A DNA stretch of 64,000 nucleotides from the human T2T-CHM13v2.0 reference genome, Homo sapiens. The notes beneath the pieces were generated by a model. It was given only the letters and a program-made list of their open reading frames with translations. It did not search any database and was not told the origin of the DNA. Every line of letters starts with the position of its first letter. Position 1 is the stretch's first letter. The stretch lies in assembly GCF_009914755.1 (NCBI RefSeq), contig NC_060938.1. The stretch is one strand, 5' to 3'. A program made the position numbers and the translations under genes. Shown piece by piece: positions 32,475 through 44,346 of the stretch.

Positions 32475-33420
32475 AACAAGTAGAGTGCATTCCAGGAATG
32501 CAAGGTTGGTTTAACATTCAAAAATCAGTTACTATAATTCATCATAATAATAGAATAAAGGAGAAAAACTATAAAATTATATCAATAGACTCAGAAAAGG
32601 CCTTTGTTATTTTGTTAAATGACAAAATTCAGCACATATTCAGGATAAAGGGTCCCAACACATTAGAAATAAAAGGGAATTTCCTTAACCTGACAAAAGA
32701 GCATCTACAAAAAAAACCTATAGCTTACATTATATTTAGTGGTAAGAGACTGAATGCTTATCTCTTAATATCAGGAACAAGGCAAGGATGTGTATTCTCA
32801 AAACCTTTATTCAACATTAAACTCTACAAAAAGGCAAATGTGTCTGGGTGCAGTAGCTTATACCCGTAATCCCAGCACTTTGGGAGGCCAAGGTGGGAGG
32901 GTCACTTGAGGCCAGGAGTTCAAGACCAGCCTGGGCAACACAGAGAGACTACATATTTACAAAACATTATTTTAAAAATTAGCTGGGCCTAGAGGCAGGC
33001 ACCTGTAGTCCTAGCTACTCTGGAGGCTGAAGTAAGAGGATCGCTTGAGCCTGGGAGCTTGAGGCTGCAGTGAGCTATGATTCCACCACTGTGCTCCAGT
33101 GCCTGGGGAACACAGTGAGAACCTGTCACACACACACCAAAAAAAAGAGGCAGATAGGTTGGAAAGGAAAAAGTAAAACAGTCTTTATTCACAAACAACA
33201 TAATCATCTAAGAAAATCCTAAGGAATCTACACAAAAGCAACTCAAACTAACAAATAAATATTGCAAGGTTGTAAGAAGTCCCTTCTAGGTATACACCCC
33301 CAAAAAGTGAAAGCATATGTCCCCCAAAAGACTTGACATGAATATTCAGTCACTTTATTCAGAACAATCAAAACCTGGAAACAATGCCATTGTCCAGCAA
33401 CAGGTGAACAGATAACAAAT
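32475..33420 (+). mobile_element. Separate L1 ORF2/3' fragments (interrupted by an AluJ at about 32842-33147)
   Basis: MQGWFNIQKS...IISIDSEKAF...GTRQGC RT-domain remnant. Confidence 0.85.
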
Positions 33421-33737
33421 TGCCCCTGGAGGAGGCATCTTTGTTTGGGCCTTGTAGCTATAGAACCTTTACCCTGTGGAGCAGGAGAGGGTGGAGATGC
33501 AGGTGTGGGAAAGGTAGGAGACACTAACCCTGGCCTGGAGATGTCCAGCTGAAGAACAGAGAATGCTTGGTTGGGAGGTAGAGACTTGAGTTGCTCAGCA
33601 AAGTAGGAATAAAGGTAACAGGGCTGTGAGATTTGGGAGCAGTAACAGAGAAAGCCTCAGAAGGGAAGGGGTAGACAGGCACAGAAGGCATGAGAAGGGT
33701 GACTTTCGAGGGAAACTGTAGAAAGAGGATTTTTTGA

Positions 33738-34037
33738 TTTTTTTTTTTTTTTTTGAGACAGAGTTTTGCTCTTGTTGTCCAGGCTGGAGTACAATGGTGC
33801 AGTCTCAGCTCACTGAAACTTCCGCCTCCCGGGTTCAAGTGATTCCCCTGCCTCAGCCTTCCTAGTAGCTGGAATTACAGGCACCCGCCACCATGCCCGG
33901 CTAATTTTTGTATTTTTAGTAGAGACGGGGTTTCACCATGTTGGCCAGGCTGGGCTTGAACTCCTGACCTCAGGTGATCCACCCACCTCAGCCTCCCCAA
34001 GTGCTGGGATTACAGGCATGAGCCACGGTGCCTGTCT
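33738..34037 (-). mobile_element. Alu (AluSp/Sq-like)
   Basis: TSD agaaagaggattttt/agaaaaaggattttt. Confidence 0.95.
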
Positions 34038-34081
34038 AGAAAAAGGATTTTTATAGAAAGTTGGTATGTGATGTTATTCCC

Positions 34082-34370
34082 TTTTTCCCTTTTCTTTTTT
34101 TTTTTTTTTTGAGACAGGGTCTCTCTTGTTGCCCAGACAAGAGAGAGTGCAGCAGCATGATAACAGCTCACTGCAGCCTTGATGTCCCAGGTTCAAGCAA
34201 TCCCCCCACCTCAGCCTCCAGAGTAACTGGGACTACAGGTGTGCACCACCACATCCAGCTATTTTTTAAATTGTTTTTAGAGGTGGTCTTGAACTCCTAA
34301 GCTCAAGTGATCCTCCTGACTCAGCCTCACAAAGTGCTGGGATCATAGGTGTGCACCACCCCATCCGGTC
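34082..34370 (-). mobile_element. AluJ
   Basis: Diverged reverse Alu with an internal deletion. Confidence 0.88.
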
Positions 34371-34459
34371 TTACTCTCTTTTTTTCAATATTTCTATTGG
34401 ATGAGACTCTACTTGGATAATCCCAGTTTTATATGGGTTACATAAAACAAATATTACGG

Positions 34460-34680
34460 CAGTAATAGCTAATAGGCACTGTATGCTTACTAGGCACTAA
34501 TCATTGCACTAAGCAATTTAAATACATTCAGTGGTATGAGGTGGCACCATTATATAGATGAGGAAACTGAGGCACAGAGTTTTAAGTGATTGTCCAAGAT
34601 CACAGAGTTATGAAGCGACAGAGCCAGAACATTGGATTTCATATTGAAACCCAAAGCTAAGAGGCCGTTTTCGTGTTCCT
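34460..34680 (-). mobile_element. MIR
   Basis: atagatgaggaaactgaggcacagag...gtccaagatcacagag. Confidence 0.75.
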
Positions 34681-35349
34681 GCTTTCCTCCTTGACCATGT
34701 CTCTCTCTGTATGCTGTCAGGGTTGAGTGAGTGAGGGAAGGATGCTGAAAAGTCATTTGGTTCAGGCCTCACATTTTCAAAGCACTTAACTCCAGTGAGG
34801 CCGTATATCCAGCCTGAGATATTTAGCCGGGCCTGAGAGATGAGGAGATTTACCCAGCTTTTGAGTTACTTTCCATTTATTGATGCTACCACCTCCAGAG
34901 ACCCAGGAATTAAATACTCATATAAATTCCATCATTTTCTGGTTGTAGTATAAGTACATTACTTTTAAAACATACCATATTTTTTGTTAACCTTATTTTG
35001 ATATATCTTCATTTTTAATCTGATGGGAAACTGAAAAATGGAGTGGCCTCTCTCTCAACCTTTGAGAGGCCTCACTCCCTTTCCTACTGTCTGAAAGGTG
35101 CAGGAAGAGGAGGCCCTGCAGGAAGCAGCTCTGATGCCCACTCCGGCTGCTGCCAGTGGCTGGCTGGATGTGCTATCAGCATGGCCATACCCACAGGTTG
35201 AAGTAGGTCAACAACCTGGGGACCCAGAAGCTGCGTGGTGCAAAGTGCATCTATCCGGAAATTTCCTGAGCTTCAAGGGGGTTTATAAGGCAGCCACCAG
35301 GCCCAGACTGACCAAGAGAACAGGAGCTTTGGATGCATGTTCTTTAACC

Positions 35350-35565
35350 CAGTGGCTCTCACCTGGGGCGATTTAGCATCTCCTCCCCGTAGAACATCTG
35401 GCAATTCTAGAGACATTTTTTTATTTTCACAACTTGGGGTTCTACCAGCAACTAGTGGGTGGAGACCAGAGAAGCTGCTAAACATCTTACAATGCACAGG
35501 ATGGCCCACCGCCACAAAGAATTATCCGCCCCAAATGTCAAGAGTGCCACAGTTGAGGAAATGTG
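35350..35565 (+). mobile_element. MER20 (hAT-Charlie DNA transposon)
   Basis: cagtggctctcacctggggcgattt...ctgctaaacatcttacaatgcacagga...caaagaattatcc...ccaaatgtcaa. Confidence 0.85.
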
Positions 35566-35639
35566 TTCTAACCCTCTGGGGCTGGCCTTATGAAGCGCAG
35601 CCACACCCCTCCTAAGAGGCTTCCTCCAAGGCTGCAAAG

Positions 35640-36900
35640 CCTGAGAGGGCTGGACTGTAGGCCACTCCGCCGCGGGATTTCCCCTTCATCACCTGGCCAC
35701 CCACTCTGGCCCCCTTACTGGAGGGCTCCGCCCTCAGGTAAATGTTTTCCCTACTTGTTTGGGAAACTTTGAGAAAAATCCCCTTTAGCCATCTTCTGAG
35801 CAGTGAAGATGTACCATGTGTGCTTTTTCCACCAAAAAAACATTAAAGCGGCTAGGGGATTTTTATTATTTTAGCTCAAATAACTAAATAGTGGCAGCCA
35901 ACTCCTTTAAAGGCGACTGCCAGCCCTCAAAGGGGCGCTCAGATGGAACTCAGAAAAAATTAAAAAAAGAGTGAGTTTAGTATCAGTGGATCAGGGGAGT
36001 GGGGATAACCTGGGAATTCTGGTCTGGTGGGGCAGGCGACACAGACCGAAGGCCTCCGCCCACCCCCAGCCTCAAGCCCCCTCTGCGTGGGGCCCCTGGG
36101 GGCCTGGGGACATTTGCATGTACTCTCAGGAGATTCTCCTTTCTTCTCCCTGGGTTTCATCTTTAATAACTAGATGATGGGCTGTTGGGGAATGCAGGGC
36201 CAGCGCTCTAGGAAAGTGAAACTGCCTTGCAGAGGGAAAGCAACCCACTGTGGCCCCGAAAGACCCAGACCGCCAGCGGCCCCGGGCAGCCGCCGAGGGC
36301 ACCGGCTCACACTTCCTGCATTTCACAAGCTCTTGCTTGGCATGCATTGATGACTTGAACTGGGGGGTTAACCCAAAAAGATCAAGTGCGAGCTCAAGGC
36401 GGATGATGAGAACAGATTCGGGGCTGGTTAACCTCAGAGAGCGGGAGTCCGTTGGTGCTAATGAGGCCAAGGGAGCCCGGCTCCTTTCTGCCCCCAGGCA
36501 GGTGAGAAAGAAAGAACGGAGACGAAAGAGGGCCCGCTGTGTCTACTCCTCTTGGCCCAGAAGCCCAGCTGGACCCTGAGGCCACAAACTGCCCCCCACT
36601 GGAGAAATCGCTGCAGGATTTCTCCTCCATCAAATCGCTGTGTCAGAGCCAGTTGGGGGCTTTTAAAAGACGCCCACGCTCAGGCCCGCACCAGGCCACC
36701 TACACTGGAATATCTGAGGCTAAGTCCCAAGCTAGAATTTCCCATCTTCTTTCTGGCCTTGGGAGATTTTGCATCTCCTTCCAGGGAAGGAAGCCTGACT
36801 TCTGAAATGATTCTCACGAAGGAGAAGTGCTCCGTTCTGCAGTGAGCCTGGCCAGGGGGGCCACACCACAGACTCCCAGGAGGCTTCTGCTCTGCGTGGT
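35640..36900. promoter_or_regulatory. CpG-enriched enhancer/alternative-promoter-like element about 7 kb upstream of BATF
   Basis: Local CpG/GC enrichment; kB GGGATTTCCC 35674-83; ISRE GAAAGTGAAACT 36212-23; ETS ACTTCCTG 36311-18; STAT6-type TTC-N4-GAA at 36779-88 and 36811-20; RBPJ CGTGAGAA (minus) 36811-18. Confidence 0.6.
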
Positions 36901-37989
36901 TCTTCTGCTCTCGTTTCCTTAACGATTGGGCCAGAGCATCTCTGCTCTTGTAAAATAGCAGGCAATTAGATCTCGAAGTCTTTGAAGTGGGCAGATTCAC
37001 CAGGCGTTGGACTGAAGTTTCTATTTGTCCTGGCACTGAGAATAGCAAAGGAACAGGGGGACTGAACTGGTAAGGATATAGCAGGTTTGTTGCACTTTTA
37101 AAAAATATGTTTTCAATTACCTTAAGAACCCATTTATGTGCAGTATATCCTGCTGCTGATTTTGAACAAGGATGATCCAATAGGCACTGGTATTAAAACG
37201 CTGAAATAGAGGTTGACAAGTAGCTGCTTCCCTAAATCCTTGGAGTTTCCTTCCTCCCTCCTTCCCCTCCTTTGGCACCAACCCCCTTCCCACCTCCCCA
37301 AGATCCAGCAACTAAAAGGTTATTTGCTTGGCACGGCAGGGAGTAGGGGCTGTGCTGAATGGTGGGAACCCACGCTACATGGGTTGTCAGCTGTGTCACC
37401 CCTAATTAGACATCATTTCAATCTACTCATGAAAGCAGCTTGCTGCAGGACTCTGTGCTGGCCATATTTAATTAGAGCAGTATAAGGTTTTTTTTTTTTA
37501 AGTTAAAAACTCATATTGTATTGCCCATGTACCAGAGACTATTCTAAGAACTTTACAAACATTAACTCATTTGATCCTTATAACGACCCTATGATATTGG
37601 TGGTGTGATATCCTCCCGTTTTCTAGGTATGGAAAGAGGCATAGAGAGGTGAAGTCTCTTGCTGATATCTTCTAGACCGGGCTGGCTGCAGGGTCTGTTG
37701 CTCTCAACCAGAGGAAATAGAACCATGAAAGAACAAGGTAGGGTTTTCCTCCTTCTGCCAAACTGAGATTCACAAAGTGGACTCTAGCATTCTTCCTCTC
37801 TGCCATTCCCTCCCACCAAATTTACACCTGGGGAAACAGTGGCCCAGAGAGGGAAGGAGACCTTCCTACAATCTCAGAGTCAATTGGGGGCAAAGCTAGG
37901 ACCAGAATGCTGCCTCTCAACTCCCCCTCGACCTCATATCATATTGCTTACATCCAGCTAAATGTCTCCTCAGAAATCAGTTGGGGAAT

Positions 37990-39112
<1,123 letters not shown>

Positions 39113-39489
39113 TACCTTTATTCTTAAAATGCCATAAATGCACAGAGTGTTTTGAGGAGTCTTTTATCCCAAAGTATTCCAACTATATTTCTTTTAAAAA
39201 TTTAGGGCAATTAAGGCATTTTAATGCATGTGACCCTCCCCGCCCCACATTCCCCCACCCTTCATTATTTCAAACTGGAGTGGTCTTTTGAATTTTTTCC
39301 TGAACGTGTTTCCAGAAAGTTTATACCAAGTAAAACAGCTATATCCAAGTTCCTAGTAATTATTACAGCAATTACAAGGGTTCCAAGCCTAATAAAGTAA
39401 TCTAAGGGCAGGAGGTTTGGAGGTATGGTTATTTCTTGGCATTCTTCTAATGACAGCCTGGAGCTGAGTAGCATCTTGGCAGTTGTCTA

Positions 39490-39885
39490 CTGTTTGAATA
39501 CGTTAGACTGCTCCCAACTCTGTCACTTGCTAACTGTGTGACCTTGGGCAAATGATCGAACTCTCTGTGCCTTAATTGCATATAAATTTTAGAATCTAAT
39601 TATGATACCTGCTCTGTGGAATCCTGGGGAAGATTAAAATGAGATGTGGTAGAGCATGGTGCTTATAAGCATTGAACCAAATTGCCTGAGTTTGAGTCCT
39701 AGCTCCAGTGACTTTTCTAGCTGTATGATCTTGGGAATGTTACCTAATCTCCTTGTGCCTCAATATTCCACATACATAAAATGGGGTGAGGTGGGGAAAC
39801 GGTGCTTACCTCCTGTGACTGTCATGAGAATTAAATGGAGCCAATTCATATACTATTCCCGGTACACAGTAAGTAGCATATGGCA
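39490..39885 (+). mobile_element. Two tandem MIR fragments
   Basis: ctgtgtgaccttgggcaaat and ctgtatgatcttgggaatgttacctaatctc cores. Confidence 0.7.
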
Positions 39886-40048
39886 AGGATGCTAGGTATA
39901 GTTGTGCAGGTTGTTCACTGTTCAAGGGCTCCAACCTGAGAGGTCAAGTGAGGGCTTGCCAGGCCATACGCTTTGGTATGAGGTTGCCTACCTAGAGGTG
40001 GCGCTGTTTTCTAGTTTGTACCAGGCCCTATATCAGCCAGCTGTCAGC
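39884..40048 (+). mobile_element. MER91A-like (hAT-Tip100) element
   Basis: agttgtgcaggttgttcactg...aagggc...ggcgctgttttctagtttg resembles the MER91A consensus. Confidence 0.6.
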
Positions 40049-41272
40049 ATAAGGGTTTGTAGTATCCAGCAACCACTACCTTAATACTATCTTTAGGCTT
40101 TAGGCTGATGTTCACTGAGCACATGCCAGTTTTATTATAACTGTTACTTGGTAGCTTCCTGGAGTTCTCCAGGATAACATCAGTGGGATGTGTATATCCC
40201 AAACCTTGCCATTACCATTCAGATACAATGCTGAAAATCAAATAAAAAATATTAGCAAGGTAAAAAGTTTAAAATCCTGCAGGACAATATTATATATTGC
40301 TTAGGCATACATACAGGTTTGGTTCAAGTATAGAAAAATGCTTAAGAATGATAAACCCCACATCTGGATAATGGGTTACCTGGGGTGGGGAGGAAGCGGA
40401 ATTAGAAAGGGATGAAGGAAGCTTCGGCTCTATTCATAATTTATTTCTTCAGCTTAATGGTGGCTACATAAGTGTTTATTATTTTTTAATCTTAAATATT
40501 TAAAAATAATGTATAATTAATACTATTAAATAAGACCCGTCTTTTTATGTAAAAACTAATTTTGCATTTCTCTCATTAGTCTCTGTTAAATATTAAATCA
40601 GTACATTGATTGGGAATGACAGAATCAAGCAATCATTCATTCAACAAGTGTTTACTTGTTGAATGATAGGATGTTCAAAGAGCTAAGAACTTCATCCATA
40701 CGCTGTAATACTTAGAACGCTTGTAACATTTATAATAACCTGTTTGGTTATTTGACTATGTTTTCTTTTTTCTGTGAGAGCAGAGTCTCTGTCTTATTCA
40801 TATTTAAGAATTCTGCTCTGTAATAGGTGATAAATAAATGTTAATTTAAACCGAATGAAACATAAATATGACTATTATTGTCCTGAAAGGGCTTTCAATA
40901 CACTAGGATAATGCAGGTCATAAGTGCCATAAATGAAGAGCAAAGTGAATTCACTTATGCATTCATTCGTTTGAAAACCATTTACTCGGCATCTGTTAGG
41001 TACTGAGCATATGACTATAAACAAGAGAAACACAGACTTTGGTTTTTACAGGGCCCACTTCTCACCACTTTCATCACTGTCTAACTGGCCTATGCTGCCA
41101 GCATCTTTTGTTTGGATGGTTGCAGTAATCCAATACTGAAATCCTGACTCATCTCCCTGCTTCCACTTTGCTCCCCTATCGTAAAATCTCAACTGTGTCC
41201 AGAGAGATCCTCTAAAAACCTAAGTCAGATCATGTCACTCCTCTGCTCTGACACCTCCAATGGCTTCTCATC

Positions 41273-41742
41273 TGTAGGAGATTGTAGAAATTGCCACAAT
41301 TAGTTAAATTTTTCCTATCGAGAAGTGAAGTCTGTTTCTCAACTCATTGAGTCTGAACTGGCCTTGTGACTTTCCTCGGCCAATAGAATGTGGCAGGTTC
41401 TGAGTTCTGTGCTAGCTCTGAGCCTGGGTTCCATGGGGCTTCGAATGCTTCTGCTCCTACTCTTGGAATCCTGCCACTATCAAATAAACATGCTCCGACC
41501 AGCCTGTTGGTGGATGAGAGACCATGTGGAGGAGAAATGCCCAAGGCAAAGCCAGGCCAGACCAGTCAATTATCAGCCAACCTACCAGCTGTCTGAGGAC
41601 ACATGACCGAGCCTAGCCGAGATCAGCCTAGCCCAGCCTATCCCCAAAGAACCTTTCAGATGACCCACAGACTCATGAGCCAAATAAATGGCTTGAGTCA
41701 TCGAAGTTTCTGGTAGTTTTTTGGGCAGCGAACACTGATAGA
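41273..41742 (+). mobile_element. MLT1G/H-like MaLR LTR inserted among L2 fragments
   Basis: ctggccttgtgactttcctcggccaatagaatgtggcag...cacagactcatgagccaaataaatgg. Confidence 0.65.
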
Positions 41743-43299
41743 CTATCTCATTTAGACAAAAAGTCAAGCTTCTTTTTACTAACTGTATCCTCAGTACTTA
41801 GTGCCTGGCACATGGTAGATGCACCATGAACGTTTGTTGAATATATTAATAAAGGTGTAAATGGTTTTAACATTCTATTGAGGGAAACAGGAAAAAGATA
41901 AATCAGTAAACGAATAAAATAAGTATAAAATTGGGTAACTGCTATGGGAGAAATGAATAGTAGCTGAGGTAGAGGATAAGAATGAAGGTGGAAGGGGAAA
42001 CCCTCCATGGGCTCACTGTGTCTTTCAGAATGAAAGCTAAAATCCTGATGTTGGCCTCTAAGGCCCTCCCTGACCGGGCCATTACCTCACTGACCTCATC
42101 GCCTGCCACTTTTGCTGCCTCTGGTATCCAACTACCTGGCCCCCCTGCTCTTTTTCCAATACTCAAGCACACTTCCACCTCAGGTCCTGGAATGTCCTTC
42201 CCTGAGACACTCACCATTCACTCCCTCTCTTTCTTCGAATCTCTGCTCAGGTATCCCCTCTTTGGGCAAGGCCCTTCTGACCACCCAGAATTCCCTAACC
42301 TCCAACCCTGCTTTATTTTCCTCCATAGGAAAGGAATTTTGTCTTACTTAATTTAACCTTAGGGCAATATTGTCTTAGTCTAGAAATTCAGCTCATGGAT
42401 ACAAAAATCCTCTAGGAGCCGTAACTTCCTGTCAATCCTAAAATTTAATAAGGCAAATGTTTGGCTTCGAGCCATACTGGGAATAAGGTAAGGCCTTTTG
42501 AAAAAGCCACGATGCCCAGGTGAGGGTTGAATTGATCACTGAGAACCCTACAAATGCGCTCATGGCAAGGCTGGGAATACCCTACACTTACCCTCTCGGT
42601 CATTTACTTCAGAGTCTGCGGGGCATTCTAATCCGCGTTGTCATTTGCTTTGTGCCACATTCCTAAGAGGTAGGCAGGGCAGGTTTTATCATCCTCTGTT
42701 TACAGATGAAGATAATGAAGGTCACATAGCTCAAGTGAGCTACCCAGGGCCACAGACATACAAAGTGGTAGAACCAGAATTTAAATCTTGGTTGGTCTGA
42801 CTCCAAGTGTAGTATTTGTTTCACTTTTTCTTTCTTTCTTTCTTTCTTTCTTTTTTTTTTTAACTGTTTCTCCATTCTGGGTTCTGACCAGGTGACCTTG
42901 AATCATAAAGATTCAGGGCCTGTCTTGAGCTGCTCAATATGGAAGGCATCTTTTCTCTAAAGAGTGTGAGCTCCCTGCCAAGCAGCACAGGCGCTTAATA
43001 GGCTTTCAGAGCAGCAATTCTAGAACCTCCCTTGTGGCTTTCTGATCTCCCACAGCCCTTGTGTTTGATGGTCAGGAAAGGAGAATACCCTTGGATCGTC
43101 TTATCTCCAGACCACCCCGAGGCTGGCTGGACTTAAGGGGTGAGGAAAGACAAGATGGGTGAGCAGCTGCTTTCGGCTGAAAACCAGAAAGAAATCCCAG
43201 TGTTTTTGCTTTATTTTGGTTTAAAAATCAAGTCGTATGACAATGGAAACATTTTCCTGGTTGTCCTCTCCTCTCTGCCCATGTTGACAGAAGACGGAC

Positions 43300-43530
43300 T
43301 TGCTAATTCTGGCTGGGGTTTTTCCCTGCCTGGGCTGTTTTTCTCTTTTATCTTCATCAATTGAAGAGGGCTGCTGTGTCTTTCAAACTGTCGGAAGGTA
43401 TCTGTATTTTTTTTTCTTTCACATAATTCTGTAGGTCTTTTCCCAGATATGTATTTTTCTCTCTAACTTCTAACTCGCTGAAGTTTCCGCCCATGTGACT
43501 TCCAGCGTGAGTTACCAGAAACCACAAGAG
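43300..43530 (+). promoter_or_regulatory. BATF: BATF proximal promoter (TATA-less)
   Basis: Immediately 5' of exon 1: CATGTGAC E/M-box 43492-99, ETS core ACTTCC 43498-503, AP-1-like TGAGTTA 43508-14, GAS-like TTACCAGAA 43512-20, RUNX AACCACA 43520-26, kB-like GGGGTTTTTCCC 43315-26; no TATA box. Confidence 0.75.
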
Positions 43531-43766
43531 AGAGAGAGAGCGTGCAAGCCCCAAAGCGAGCGACATGTCCCTTTGGGGAGCAGTCCCTCTGCACCCCAGA
43601 GTGAGGAGGACGCAGGGGTCAGAGGTGGCTACAGGGCAGGCAGAGGAGGCACCTGTAGGGGGTGGTGGGCTGGTGGCCCAGGAGAAGTCAGGAAGGGAGC
43701 CCAGCTGGTGACAAGAGAGCCCAGAGGTGCCTGGGGCTGAGTGTGAGAGCCCGGAAGATTTCAGCC
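43525..43766 (+). other. BATF: BATF 5'UTR (exon 1 non-coding part; TSS approximate)
   Basis: G-rich leader upstream of the ATG, starting near caagagagagagagagcgtg, which I recall as the BATF mRNA 5' end; the exact TSS cannot be determined from sequence. Confidence 0.75.
43565..43711 (+). other. Upstream ORF in the BATF 5'UTR (48 aa, MSLWGAVPLHPRVRRTQGSE...GREPSW*)
   Basis: ATG 43565 (gcgacATGt, G at -3) open to TGA 43709-11; ends 55 nt before the BATF ATG; translation in vivo not shown. Confidence 0.55.
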
Positions 43767-43829
43767 ATGCCTCACAGCTCCGACAGCAGTGACTCCAGCT
43801 TCAGCCGCTCTCCTCCCCCTGGCAAACAG
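43767..43829 (+). CDS. BATF: BATF coding exon 1 (aa 1-21, MPHSSDSSDSSFSRSPPPGKQ)
   Basis: ATG at 43767 in cagccATGc context; 63 nt (21 codons) ending at donor CAG|gtagag (GT 43830-31); peptide matches the human BATF N-terminus as I recall it. Confidence 0.97.
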
Positions 43830-44101
43830 GTAGAGTCCTCCTTTTTCTCTCTCCTACCTTCTGATTCTCCTGGGGGATGGAAAGAGAGCCAGGCTTCCTT
43901 GTCCTGCCCAGGGAGCTGAGGATGGAGGAAGTGGCTCGTTGCACGGGCACTCTGTTAGACTTAGGACATGGAATTTGCTACTAAGCTGTGCATATTGGCA
44001 GAGATCCTCATCCTTCCACCCATTCTTCCAAAGCCCCTTTTTCTCTCCATTTTCCAAGGCTGCCTATCACCTCTGCCTCACTGGGGTTGCCACCCTAAAA
44101 A

Positions 44102-44113
44102 GCTTTCTAGGAA
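44102..44113 (-). promoter_or_regulatory. BCL6/STAT (GAS) composite motif in BATF intron 1
   Basis: GCTTTCTAGGAA = TTCCTAGAAAGC on the minus strand (BCL6 consensus), containing TTCN3GAA. Confidence 0.5.
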
Positions 44114-44292
44114 GCAAAGAGGAGGATGAACATCAAAGAATGCAGAGAAAAGAGTCTACTGTTCTCCAAGGCTGTAGAAAAGTGAGAGGAGTTTTCAAGT
44201 GGGCCGCTGGCATGCACAGCTCAAATCCTAGATATGCAGTTTCCCAGGAGACAGCCAATAGGGAAGGGGAGAAAAGGGGTTAGGGAAAAGTT

Positions 44293-44346
44293 AAAAAAAA
44301 AAAAAAAGAAGAAGAAGAAGGAGAGGAAGAAGGAGGAGGAGGAGGA
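44293..44346 (+). repeat. A-run/(GAA)n/(GAG)n microsatellite in intron 1
   Basis: Read directly from the sequence. Confidence 0.85.

Noticed and set aside
27530-33420. Reverse-transcriptase/endonuclease-like ORFs
   Set aside because: Fragments of dead L1M elements with many stops and frameshifts; not an active element or a host gene.
39991-40006. CTCF motif in the MER91-like element (similar weak matches near 14015, 18480 and 35925)
   Set aside because: Mismatches at key core positions; much weaker than the 10031 site.
43542-43570. p53 response element (GTGCAAGCCC-N9-CGACATGTCC)
   Set aside because: Each half-site has a mismatch and the 9-bp spacer is unfavourable.
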